Shown in pieces: positions 8,811-18,222 of a stretch of DNA of 64,000 nt. A program made the translations under genes and the position numbers. Each line of letters opens with the position of its first letter. The first letter of the stretch is position 1. The DNA comes from an uncultured Bacteriovorax sp. (GTDB taxonomy: Bacteria > Bdellovibrionota > Bacteriovoracia > Bacteriovoracales > Bacteriovoracaceae): NCBI GenBank assembly GCA_964583925.1, contig CAZOXW010000003.1:3297-67296 (forward strand). Direction: 5' to 3'. Below the pieces are notes generated by a model. The model did no database searches. It saw only the letters and a program-made list of their open reading frames with translations, and was not told the origin of the DNA.

Positions 8811-10055
8811 ATGGATTTTAAAAGTCAGGCCCTAGAAATTAGTAGTTTTTTAAAAATATACCAATCAATCTTTGAAATTGAGGTTATGGATCATTATCCA
8901 ATTTCATTAGAAAATTATAATCAAGAATGGGTAAATGATCTTAAAAAGCTTACAGACCTAGAACTATTTGATTTCTTACTCGATACCTATTCAAATAAGA
9001 TAACTTCTCCATCATTTTTGAACTTCTTAGAAGAGACTAAAAAATTAAAGGCCATTCTTGCATATTGCCCTACTCCTAAAAAACTTGAAGACTGGGCCTA
9101 TACTGATATGAAATATAAAAAACGTCATGAAATAGACATCATTGCACCTGAAATAAAAAAAATATTTCTTGAAAACCAAATTGATCGCGCTATTGACATC
9201 GGCGGAGGAGTTGGGCACCTCGCAAGAATCTTGGCACACTACTATCAGATTCCTGTTACAAGTATTGATTTAAATTCTGAGTTTCAAAAAAATGGCAGTT
9301 TGCGTCTGAAGAAGCATCGTCACCCCGAAGGAGCAAAAGATGTTCAATTTTTGAACCTAAAAATTGATAATGAAAGTTTAAAATCTTTAAATAAAAATCT
9401 TGAAAGAAGAATTATTTTAGGACTCCACTCCTGCGGCAGTCTATCGAGTGACATCATCCTTGGTGCTACTTACTCTAAAGATACTGCTATTTTTAATTTC
9501 GGTTGCTGTTACCACAAAATCAGCACTCCAAACTATGCTTTTATCTCTAACTTTTTTAACACCCAAATTAAGCTTAATTTAACTCGCCACGCTCTCACTC
9601 TTGCAAGCCGGGCCCATCGTTCAAACGAATTTTCTGAGTTTCAAAAACTAAAACATGTTAAAAGATTTCGACAATCTTTGCACCTTTTTCTCTTTCACAA
9701 ATTGCTAATAAAAGACTTGCTCGATATTGGCGAAATGCCGATCAAAAACTATTACCAAGAGTTTAGTTCCTATGTCATTTCTAAACTAAATGAACACCAT
9801 ATTCATGGAGAATTTAAAAGAAATGAAATCGATGATTTTTTTATAAGTGATGACGTGTGCAACTTAAATCAAGAAATGTTTCTAAGAAGTCTCATCAGAT
9901 TTAAACTTGGCCCATTACTTGAAAAGATAATCGTTTTAGATCGAGCAATTTTTTTACAGGAAAATAATTATACCGTAAATATCCACAAATATTTCGATGA
10001 ACATTTATCACCACGAAATATTGGCATTCGTGCCATCTTAAACAAGTCGAGGTAA
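8811..10055 (+). CDS. SAM-dependent methyltransferase, METTL25/RRNAD1-like (Methyltransf_32)
   Basis: DIGGGVGHL motif I, KKRHEI, GLHSCGSLS, GCCYHK, C-terminal LSPRN. Confidence 0.78.
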   Translation: MDFKSQALEISSFLKIYQSIFEIEVMDHYPISLENYNQEWVNDLKKLTDLELFDFLLDTYSNKITSPSFLNFLEETKKLKAILAYCPTPKKLEDWAYTDMKYKKRHEIDIIAPEIKKIFLENQIDRAIDIGGGVGHLARILAHYYQIPVTSIDLNSEFQKNGSLRLKKHRHPEGAKDVQFLNLKIDNESLKSLNKNLERRIILGLHSCGSLSSDIILGATYSKDTAIFNFGCCYHKISTPNYAFISNFFNTQIKLNLTRHALTLASRAHRSNEFSEFQKLKHVKRFRQSLHLFLFHKLLIKDLLDIGEMPIKNYYQEFSSYVISKLNEHHIHGEFKRNEIDDFFISDDVCNLNQEMFLRSLIRFKLGPLLEKIIVLDRAIFLQENNYTVNIHKYFDEHLSPRNIGIRAILNKSR

Positions 10056-11840
10056 ATAAATTTTAAAGCTAGTTCCCACTCCAATCGCGGAATCCAAGAC
10101 AATATCGCCATTATACTCTTTTACAAAACTAAAAACCATACTTAGTCCAAGACCAGTTCCACGATCTTTCTCTTTGGTGGTGAAAAATGGCTCAAATATT
10201 TTTTCTTTTATATGATCTGGAATTCCTTCTCCATTATCTGAAACCTCCAACATAATCATATCGCATTTTTTATGTACGATATTTCTAGTTCTAATCGTGA
10301 CCGTCGGATCAGGCGATTTTGAAATAGCATCGCGAGCGTTTACACATAAATTTATTAAAACATTTTCAAGCATACTTATGTCTACTTTAGTTTGCCATAA
10401 ATTAGGATCATAATCTTTAATAAGCTTAGTCGACGCTGTCAAAGCAACCGATAAGATTTCCATAATTGATTCAATACTATCATTGATAATAATTTCTTTT
10501 TCTTCAGATGTTTGCCGTCGTGAAAATGATAATAATCTTTTAGAGAGCTTAATTCCTTTTTCTGATGCATTTTGAGCTTTAGACAAATATTTTTTAAAAT
10601 TTTCGTTTTCGATCTCTAGTCTCGTTATATTTTTTAATGATGCAGTAATTACTGAAAGAACATTGTTAAAATCATGAGCAATTCCAGCGGTCAGCTCACC
10701 AATAGCATCAACTTTTTGCATTTGCTTGATATGTTCTCTCTGCTCTTCTACTTTTTGCTCATATTCTTTACCTGTAGTAACGTTTACAAAAACCCCACGA
10801 TATCCTACAAAAGCACTGGTATCATTTTCAAAAAATGGTCGTATTGAAAGAGAAATAAATTGTTTTTTACTTTTACTTTCAAATTCTATTATAAGTGATT
10901 TCACTTCTTGCTTTTTTAAGAGTTTATTTTTTTCATTATTCAGCTTTGCTAAATCATCTTTTTCCATATCTAGATAAAATAAATTTGCCCCTATCGCAAT
11001 TTGATCATAGAACTCAAGTTCTAAATTTTCTTTTTTCTCTACATAGGTGAAAAAAAACTTTTCATCTAATTCAAAAATTAAATCTGATGTAAAACGTGTT
11101 ATATCCTTTAATCTCGCTTCATTTTTTCTAAGCGAATCAAATGAATAAGAAAAATTTAATTGCATTTGAGTTATGGCATTAGTTACTTCCTCTAATTCAT
11201 TGCCATGAAAGCTTAATGCCTGGCTTTTTAATTTGATCTCTTCTATTTCTTCTGGACTTAAAAGCAGAAGCTGATCCTCGCTAATCTGTTTCGCTCCTGC
11301 TGCGATTTTTTCAAGAGGCTCAGAAACCAGTCGGTAAAAAATTACAAAAATGAAATAAGAAACTAGAAACGTCTTGATTGCATTACTTAAAAGAACAATA
11401 ATAAATTTTCTTTGAAGTTTACTATAGACTTTATCTAAACTTAAATAAATATGAAGATACCCCAGCTTTCTCTCGACCCCCTCATGGGTATATTTTAATA
11501 GAAAACTTGTTACAGGCCCATTGGCCTTATATTCTTCTCTTTTTAAACTTCTAATGCTGTTATTTATTTCGAGTTTTAATTCTGCAACATCTGCAGTTTT
11601 TAATATACCTTCGAGATGATTTCTCACTTGTTTTTCATCAAAAAACCAAACGGCAGATGAAAGGCCATTTACAAAACCGTTTTGAATGAGAATAAATTGT
11701 GCATTGGTTTCTTTTAATTCAGTTTTATAGTCTGCAAAAAGTTGCACGGAAGTTAATATGAGCGTTAGAAAAGAACTAAACAATAAAATGTAAAGTATAA
11801 GTTTCGTTGCAAGAGTATTTTTCCTAAAAAACAATTTCAA
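10038..11840 (-). CDS. Membrane sensor histidine kinase (periplasmic sensor, HAMP, PAS-like, HisKA, HATPase)
   Basis: H-box GIAHDFNN, N-box NLCVNARDA, DNGEGI, FFTTK, GTGLGLS; two TM helices. Confidence 0.92.
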   Translation of the reverse strand: MKLFFRKNTLATKLILYILLFSSFLTLILTSVQLFADYKTELKETNAQFILIQNGFVNGLSSAVWFFDEKQVRNHLEGILKTADVAELKLEINNSIRSLKREEYKANGPVTSFLLKYTHEGVERKLGYLHIYLSLDKVYSKLQRKFIIVLLSNAIKTFLVSYFIFVIFYRLVSEPLEKIAAGAKQISEDQLLLLSPEEIEEIKLKSQALSFHGNELEEVTNAITQMQLNFSYSFDSLRKNEARLKDITRFTSDLIFELDEKFFFTYVEKKENLELEFYDQIAIGANLFYLDMEKDDLAKLNNEKNKLLKKQEVKSLIIEFESKSKKQFISLSIRPFFENDTSAFVGYRGVFVNVTTGKEYEQKVEEQREHIKQMQKVDAIGELTAGIAHDFNNVLSVITASLKNITRLEIENENFKKYLSKAQNASEKGIKLSKRLLSFSRRQTSEEKEIIINDSIESIMEILSVALTASTKLIKDYDPNLWQTKVDISMLENVLINLCVNARDAISKSPDPTVTIRTRNIVHKKCDMIMLEVSDNGEGIPDHIKEKIFEPFFTTKEKDRGTGLGLSMVFSFVKEYNGDIVLDSAIGVGTSFKIYLPRLV

Positions 11841-11885
11841 ATCCTATGTCGTTATTTTTTATCTATTTTAGAAGAATTTTTGAGA

Positions 11886-11922
11886 TAAAAATAGAGAGGG
11901 TGAAATTGTCCACCCTCTCTAT
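11886..11922 (-). terminator. Rho-independent terminator of glnA
   Basis: Perfect 12-bp stem ATAGAGAGGGTG (11891-11902) / CACCCTCTCTAT (11911-11922), 8-nt loop, T-run on the minus strand, 15 nt after the glnA stop. Confidence 0.85.
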
Positions 11923-11936
11923 CTAGAACATTAAGG

Positions 11937-14129
11937 CTATCTTAAAAATAACATATCGTAGTACTTCGGTAATCTGTAGAAGTGGTTTGGAATAAGTTCT
12001 TCTAAGTCATTACATATTTGCGCCAAGCTCACAGATAAAGGCATCAATTCTTGAGCAATCTTATTTGCAAAAACTTGGTGATCACTATGCTCATCGTGCA
12101 GGGTTTTATGCAATTGGGTTGATTTTTCATGAATCTCATCTATTTTTTGTGAAACTTTTTTATAAGCATCAACTTCAAATTGTGATCCTATTCCAATTTC
12201 CTTTTGATTTTTAATTAGCTTTCCTAATAATTTTTTATATTCAAGCGCCGAAGGTATAACAAACTGATGAATCATATCATTTAAAGTTTCAAACTCTATT
12301 GATCGAATTTTTATATAGCGTTCTAGTAGAACGTTATAGCGTGTTTCAACTTCTTCTTTACCAAAAATATTTAAACGAACTAAAAAATCAGTGTTTGCTT
12401 TTTCAGTAAGAGTTAGTAATGCTTCCGGTGTTGTTTTTAAATTTGGAAGTCCACGTCTCTTCGCTTCATTTACCCATTCTTCAGAATAGCCATCGCCATT
12501 GAAAACAGCTTTATAGCTATTGTTCATCCATTTCTTTATTAATGTCAAAAGAGCAGAATCAAGGTCCATTCCATTTTTTAAATTTTCTTCTAAAATTGCA
12601 TTTGATTCCATAAATACTTCTGCGACCGCAGTATTTAAAATTGTCATCGGAAAACCAATCGCATGACTTGCACCAACGGCGCGGAATTCAAATTTATTTC
12701 CAGTAAAAGCAAAAGGAGATGTTCTGTTTCTATCAGTATTATCTTTTAAAAGGTGGGCGAGCTTTGATGTTCCCAAGTTAATAACCTGATTTGAAGTTGG
12801 TGTAAAAGATTTATCTTCTAAAATTGCTTTGAATATTTTATCGAGTGTATCGCCAAGGTAAGCAGATATGATTGACGGTGGGGCCTCATTCGCACCTAAG
12901 CGATGGTCGTTTCCTGCACCTGAAATGGACATTCTAAGCATTTTTGCATGACGATTTACTGCCTCAACAATAATTGCCACCGTAGAAAGAAAACGAATAT
13001 TAGAATGTGGTTCAGATCCTGGCTCTAAAAGATTTAGGCCAGTATTATCACTCATAGACCAATTGACATGTTTTCCAGAACCATTGATTCCTGCAAATGG
13101 TTTTTCATGCAATAACACCATCATATCATGGCGTTCAGCAACTCGCTTTAACGTTGTCATTACAATTTGGTTATTATCAGCAGCAACATTCGCTTCTGAA
13201 AAAATTGGGGCCAATTCAAACTGCGCTGGGGCAACTTCATTGTGTCTAGTTTTTGCAGGAATACCGAGACGATGTAATTCAAAGTCAACTTCTTGCATGA
13301 AGGCCAATATTCGGTCAGGAATTAGGCCAAAGTAATGATCTTCTAATTGCTGATTTCTAGTTGTAAGCGCACCAAATAAAGTCCTTCCAGTCATCACGAG
13401 GTCAGGACGTGCAAAGAAAAATGTTTTATCAACTAAAAAGTATTCTTGTTCTGCCCCACAAGTAACGTGAACTTCAGTTGTCTCTTTATGGCCTAAAAGA
13501 TTTAAAAATCGAGTCGCCTCTTTACCTAGTATATGAATTGATTTTAAAAGAGGAGTCTTAATATCTAGCGCGTCTCCCTTGTAAGAGACAAATGCAGTTG
13601 GGATACAAAGCGTCCTTCCATTTTGTCCCTCCATTAAAAACATCGGACTTGTTAAATCCCAAGTTGTATAACCTCGGGCCTCAAAAGTAGATCTAGAGCC
13701 GCCGTTTGGAAAACTAGAAGCATCAGGTTCACCTTGCATTAACTGAGAAGCAGATAAGCGCTCAATTGGTTTTCCGTCTTTAAAACTTAAAAACGCATCA
13801 TGCTTTTCAGCAGTTCCTCCAGTTAATGGTTGAAACCAATGACAAAAATGAGTGGCCCCGTTTGTAATTGCCCAAGAGGTCACTGCTTTCGCAACAACTT
13901 CAGCATGCTCTTTATTAATTGTTCGACCTTCATCTACAGCCTTTAAAATTTCCTTCTTTATTGTTTCAGAAATTTCTGTCGACGTTTTGAAATCAAAAAT
14001 TAATTCACCAAAATATTCAGAAACTTTTTTAATCGTTCCTCTGGAATCTTTGGGAATGTTAAATGTACGAGTTTTTCTGGTTGTTGCAAAAGTGCGGAAA
14101 GTTGAAACAAGATCGCTAGATTCTGTCAT
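11937..14129 (-). CDS. glnA: Glutamine synthetase type III
   Basis: HWFQPLTG.TAEKHD, GEPDASSFP.GG.RSTFEARGYT, GAEQEYFL, HNEVAPAQFE, LHEKPF.GINGSGKH, NRTSPFAFTGNKFEFRA; start moved to ATG 14129 behind GGAGG. Confidence 0.96.
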   Translation of the reverse strand: MTESSDLVSTFRTFATTRKTRTFNIPKDSRGTIKKVSEYFGELIFDFKTSTEISETIKKEILKAVDEGRTINKEHAEVVAKAVTSWAITNGATHFCHWFQPLTGGTAEKHDAFLSFKDGKPIERLSASQLMQGEPDASSFPNGGSRSTFEARGYTTWDLTSPMFLMEGQNGRTLCIPTAFVSYKGDALDIKTPLLKSIHILGKEATRFLNLLGHKETTEVHVTCGAEQEYFLVDKTFFFARPDLVMTGRTLFGALTTRNQQLEDHYFGLIPDRILAFMQEVDFELHRLGIPAKTRHNEVAPAQFELAPIFSEANVAADNNQIVMTTLKRVAERHDMMVLLHEKPFAGINGSGKHVNWSMSDNTGLNLLEPGSEPHSNIRFLSTVAIIVEAVNRHAKMLRMSISGAGNDHRLGANEAPPSIISAYLGDTLDKIFKAILEDKSFTPTSNQVINLGTSKLAHLLKDNTDRNRTSPFAFTGNKFEFRAVGASHAIGFPMTILNTAVAEVFMESNAILEENLKNGMDLDSALLTLIKKWMNNSYKAVFNGDGYSEEWVNEAKRRGLPNLKTTPEALLTLTEKANTDFLVRLNIFGKEEVETRYNVLLERYIKIRSIEFETLNDMIHQFVIPSALEYKKLLGKLIKNQKEIGIGSQFEVDAYKKVSQKIDEIHEKSTQLHKTLHDEHSDHQVFANKIAQELMPLSVSLAQICNDLEELIPNHFYRLPKYYDMLFLR

Positions 14130-14367
14130 GGGTCCCTCCAATGTTTTTATCAAACTAATTCTAGTAAAGATAAATTGGAGTTAAAAGACTAAATTATAAT
14201 TTTACAATTATATTATACTGCCTTAATGCACATTAAAGTAATCATAAAGAAAAAAAGGAGTATAGTACCGATTGTTGCCTGCATTTCTTCTGGCATCATA
14301 AATATTTCCTCAAAAAATTTATTCTACTATGGCAAACCAAAGCCCAAATGACAACCTATTTACTCTC

Positions 14368-16089
14368 CTATTTAAAAATCTTAGAAGCAACTCCAACATC
14401 CTTAACAGCGAGCGTCGTAATCTTTCTAGGTGCAAGCTCTAAGACAACTGGGACTTCTATGAGCTGACCTAGTCTCGTGAGAGTTAATTTATATTCCACA
14501 TTTGGCCTTAAAAATTTCAGCGCGTCTGCATAGCGATCTTTTAATATTCTCATTCCATTTATGGCCAAAAGCTCATCGCCTGCGTTTACGCCATACTTAT
14601 ATAATGGCCCATCAAGTGTAATCGACTTAAAAATAACACGATCACTTGCATACTCAACTTCAGCACCAAAATATGTTGATTCAGATTTTTCCCAATTAAC
14701 AGAAATTCCAACTGCGTTCAAATATGTTTCAAAATCAATTTCATTTGTAGTCTTAATCATCTGCTCTAGTTTCTCTCTCAATTCATAACCATAAATTTCT
14801 TCGACAAAACTATAAAATTGTTCCTCCGTTATACCATTGTTAGGATTTTTCAAATACTCATTCCAAAGTTTTAAAACGAGCTGATCAATTGATAGAGATT
14901 TTTGTGAGGCCATCAAATGAAATGTCCAAAAAACAATTCCACCTTTTAAATAATACGAAATTGATGAGTTATTGCTATTCTCATCTGGTCGATAAAGTTT
15001 TATCCATGCATTAAATGAAGAGTCATCTAAGGAGTGAAACTTTTTTCCAGGAACAGAAAGATAGCGATTTAAATTATCTTTTTGAAGATCAAGATACTCC
15101 TCTAAGTTTATCAATCCAGACCGAAGAACAAATAGTTCATCCATTAAACTTGTAAGCCCTTCAGCAAGCCATAGCATTTTAGTCATTGCTTCTTTTAGAT
15201 AATCAAATGGGCCAAGTTCTATCGGCCGAATTCTCTTTACATTCCACAAATGAAAATACTCATGCGATACAAGGCAAAGAAAATTAATATAATTTTTCCT
15301 CTGGTTTAATCCTGTTGGACAAAAGTGAAGAGCTGTTGAATTTAAGTGCTCAAGTCCCCCATAAATACCAGGAACAAAATGAGTTATAAAACTATATCTT
15401 TCGTATGGGACGCCTCCAAAAAAATTTCCAATTGTATTTACAATGGTCTTCATATCCTCTTTTAAATTGCAATTATGTACAAGTTGATTTCCATAGAAAG
15501 CTAATTCATGATCAACTCCAAACAAATTAAATCCATCTGTTTCATGACATCCAATTTCAATAGGAGAATCGATCAGCTCATCATAGTTTTTTGAAATATA
15601 ATGAAATGTATTGCGATCTTTAGAAATATCTTTTAATCCCGTTGATACTTTTGACCATGTTGAAGGAAATTTCAGTGTTAATTCAGGCGCCAACATTTCT
15701 TCCCCCAAAACTCCCATTAAGAGGCATGGCAGATGTAAAAAGGCATGTGAGTGATCAACATGTGAAGTTCGAACCGTTAATTCATGACAATAAACTTCAT
15801 AACTTATTTCGAATTTTTTTGAGGCCGATTGAAAAGTTGGATGCAAAAAATCAAGCTCAAATGTAGAGATATCAACTTGTGAAAAGTAAAGCACTTCCCC
15901 TTTTTCTCCAACCGCTTTTAACTTCGAAAGATGTCGCGAATATTCTCTGATCAGGTAGGAGCCTGGACTCCATCTTGGCAAGAAAAAACTTATTTTTTTT
16001 TGGTTTTCTAATCTTTCACCTATTATTACAACTTTCACCTGATGCGTTGAAGGGTTTTCAATATTAATTATATAACTTAATTTCATCAT
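14368..16089 (-). CDS. M61 glycyl aminopeptidase with C-terminal PDZ domain
   Basis: PRWSPGSYLIREY, GGLEH, SHEYFHLWNVKRIRP, LWLAEG.TS, SYYLKG, PDZ-like GVNAGDELLAING. Confidence 0.92.
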   Translation of the reverse strand: MMKLSYIINIENPSTHQVKVVIIGERLENQKKISFFLPRWSPGSYLIREYSRHLSKLKAVGEKGEVLYFSQVDISTFELDFLHPTFQSASKKFEISYEVYCHELTVRTSHVDHSHAFLHLPCLLMGVLGEEMLAPELTLKFPSTWSKVSTGLKDISKDRNTFHYISKNYDELIDSPIEIGCHETDGFNLFGVDHELAFYGNQLVHNCNLKEDMKTIVNTIGNFFGGVPYERYSFITHFVPGIYGGLEHLNSTALHFCPTGLNQRKNYINFLCLVSHEYFHLWNVKRIRPIELGPFDYLKEAMTKMLWLAEGLTSLMDELFVLRSGLINLEEYLDLQKDNLNRYLSVPGKKFHSLDDSSFNAWIKLYRPDENSNNSSISYYLKGGIVFWTFHLMASQKSLSIDQLVLKLWNEYLKNPNNGITEEQFYSFVEEIYGYELREKLEQMIKTTNEIDFETYLNAVGISVNWEKSESTYFGAEVEYASDRVIFKSITLDGPLYKYGVNAGDELLAINGMRILKDRYADALKFLRPNVEYKLTLTRLGQLIEVPVVLELAPRKITTLAVKDVGVASKIFK

Positions 16090-16170
16090 TTTCCTCTTTT
16101 CGGGCTTTATATTTTTAAATTGGTTTGATAAACAACAACTAAAACAAATTGTACAACAACTGAAAACGAT

Positions 16171-16587
16171 ATGACAAAACTAGATGGCCCAAAAATCAAT
16201 AAATCAAAAATCCAAAGTCCTACGATTATATTCACAGAGAAGGCCGCAACTGAATTAGTACTAATTCTTGAAAATGATTTCACTCTTCAGGGAAAATACT
16301 TTCGACTGCTCATTTCTGGTAAAGGTTGCGATGGTTTTACCTACTCATGTGGCTTTACTGATTTACATGAGGATGATTTTTTAATAAAAATCGGAGCGCC
16401 CGACAATTACGACCTACACGTCTTAATTGATCCATTTGCGGCATTCTATATGCAAAATATTTCGGTTGATTTTGTACTCGATCCTTACTTAAACGAAGAA
16501 GGCTTTGTTATCACCAACCTTGATCAAAAAAACTTTCAGGGTAAGTTCTTCAACAAGGATGGAGCAAGTCTCCCACCTATGGAGTGA
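16171..16587 (+). CDS. HesB/IscA-like Fe-S assembly accessory protein, atypical
   Basis: FTEKAA..L, RLLISGKGCDGFTY, .IDP, .DF..GF core; C-terminal CGCG motif absent. Confidence 0.7.
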   Translation: MTKLDGPKINKSKIQSPTIIFTEKAATELVLILENDFTLQGKYFRLLISGKGCDGFTYSCGFTDLHEDDFLIKIGAPDNYDLHVLIDPFAAFYMQNISVDFVLDPYLNEEGFVITNLDQKNFQGKFFNKDGASLPPME

Positions 16588-17399
16588 TGAACGTGCTCGA
16601 TTATAGATATTTAAAAGCTTTTATTCTTACAGCAAAGTATGCCAGTTTTTCCAAGGCCGCAATAGAACTAAATATTGCTCAATCTGCAGTAAGCAGACAG
16701 ATAAAATTACTTGAAGATACTCTAGGTGAAGAACTCATTATTAGATCTAGTAAAAAAGTCATGCTATCTGAAAAAGGAGCTGAGCTTTTACAAACCTTGA
16801 TTAATTTTGAAAAAGCCACACTTTCAATTTTTGAAACAGAAGACAAAAAAGGAATTAGCGTCGGAATTCTTGAAGGCCTTTTACATACATGGTTTACCCC
16901 TATTTTGGCCCAATATTTGTCCACAGAAGAAAGAAAAGTTTCCGTCACGACGGCCGATATTCCAGAACTTAGATCGGGAGTAGAAAATGGGAAGTTTGAT
17001 ATTATTTTTAGTACAGAAAATATTCAATCAGAACTTGTAAGTTCTCTGAAACTCTTTGAAGAAAAACTTGTACTTATTTGTAAAAAAGAAATTAATCGAA
17101 AAAAACTTCAAGATTATCGCTGGATTGTTTTTTCTGAGAATGATTATCTTTATAAAATTTCAAAAATAAGAAGCGAGCAGATTGTCACTATAGACTCCTT
17201 TGAATCAATTATTGAACTCGTCAAAAAAGATATTGGAATTGCAATCGTTCCCGACCATCTTGTTAAAGTAACTGATAATTTAACAACTCACGAAATACCA
17301 TCACTCCCCTCATCGCAAATCTATATGGGAACGCTAAATTTTAAAAAAATGCCTGAACGAATAAAAAAGATGGCAACTTTGGTTACAAAGAAAAATTAA
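16584..17399 (+). CDS. LysR-family transcriptional regulator
   Basis: LKAF...SFSKAA.ELNIAQSAVSRQIKLLEDTLGEEL..RS HTH plus substrate-binding domain. Confidence 0.92.
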   Translation: MMNVLDYRYLKAFILTAKYASFSKAAIELNIAQSAVSRQIKLLEDTLGEELIIRSSKKVMLSEKGAELLQTLINFEKATLSIFETEDKKGISVGILEGLLHTWFTPILAQYLSTEERKVSVTTADIPELRSGVENGKFDIIFSTENIQSELVSSLKLFEEKLVLICKKEINRKKLQDYRWIVFSENDYLYKISKIRSEQIVTIDSFESIIELVKKDIGIAIVPDHLVKVTDNLTTHEIPSLPSSQIYMGTLNFKKMPERIKKMATLVTKKN

Positions 17400-17740
17400 T
17401 ACTGATCTGTTTTTAACATTACAAGTGTACATCCATGCACCACTTCAATCTTTTTTTCAAGACAGATTTTTTCTAATTCAGGATTTTCACTCCCGGGATT
17501 AAAAATTATTCTGTTAAATTTTTTTGATAAAATTTGATCTTTAAATTTAGAAGAAATCTCACTTGATACATACATTGTCAGAGTATTAAAAGAATCAGGT
17601 ATTTTAGAAAAATCATCTGCTCTAGGAGAAAATGATAGTGCCTTAAATCCAAATTCTTTTAATAAATGATAGGCCTTAAAAGAATATTTAAGTTCATTGT
17701 CAGAATAACCAAATACAACTGTTACGTCATCTGCACGCAT
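17396..17740 (-). CDS. CoA-binding protein (YccU-like Rossmann domain)
   Basis: VVFGYS.N..KYS.KA, TLTMYV, IFNPGSEN, GCTLVML. Confidence 0.8.
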   Translation of the reverse strand: MRADDVTVVFGYSDNELKYSFKAYHLLKEFGFKALSFSPRADDFSKIPDSFNTLTMYVSSEISSKFKDQILSKKFNRIIFNPGSENPELEKICLEKKIEVVHGCTLVMLKTDQY

Positions 17741-17742
17741 TT

Positions 17743-17934
17743 TTACTTTTTTGTCGGAAGAATAAGATGAAGGCCGATTTCTTTATCGAGCTCAGCACCT
17801 GTTAATTCTTTTAATTTCTTAAAGTGAATTTTTTCTTCTTCAGTCTTTGCAAATTGTATAAGTTCAGGCAAAGCTCTTAACATCTCTTCTCTCGTCATCC
17901 TTTTTTTATGGTATTCGATGCAAACAATACACAT
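17743..17934 (-). CDS. Small hypothetical protein with N-terminal MCxxC (63 aa)
   Basis: GAGGGAG RBS before ATG 17934; MCIVCIEY...; 2 nt upstream of the CoA-binding gene. Confidence 0.65.
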   Translation of the reverse strand: MCIVCIEYHKKRMTREEMLRALPELIQFAKTEEEKIHFKKLKELTGAELDKEIGLHLILPTKK

Positions 17935-18142
17935 TAAAGACTCCCTCACTGCCTACAAGTATTGGCAGTTTTTATGATTTTTAATAAGCATCAAAATTTT
18001 AGACAAACTTTAAGTTTTATCTATTTTAAGCATTGAATATTCTAGAGTTTCTTATCGGCAAAAGAAAAAAATACTTTAGCAAAGCTTTCAACTATTTTTT
18101 AAGTATCTATAATCAATCGAAAGATAACAATTGATTTTGTGT

Positions 18143-18170
18143 TGTACGTTTGTCACCGCTGTACGTTTGT
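18143..18170 (+). repeat. Perfect 11-bp direct repeat TGTACGTTTGT, 17-bp period, upstream of the vWA/gliding operon
   Basis: Copies at 18143-18153 and 18160-18170. Confidence 0.8.
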
Positions 18171-18222
18171 TCCCACCCAAAATCAAAATTCGGACAATAC
18201 TTCCGTTTAATGGGGACGGCCA

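Noticed and set aside
14331-14347. GG-N10-GC on the minus strand upstream of glnA (TGGGCTTTGGTTTGCC)
   Set aside because: Lacks the CAC block and the W after GC, and is about 200 bp from the start; too weak to call
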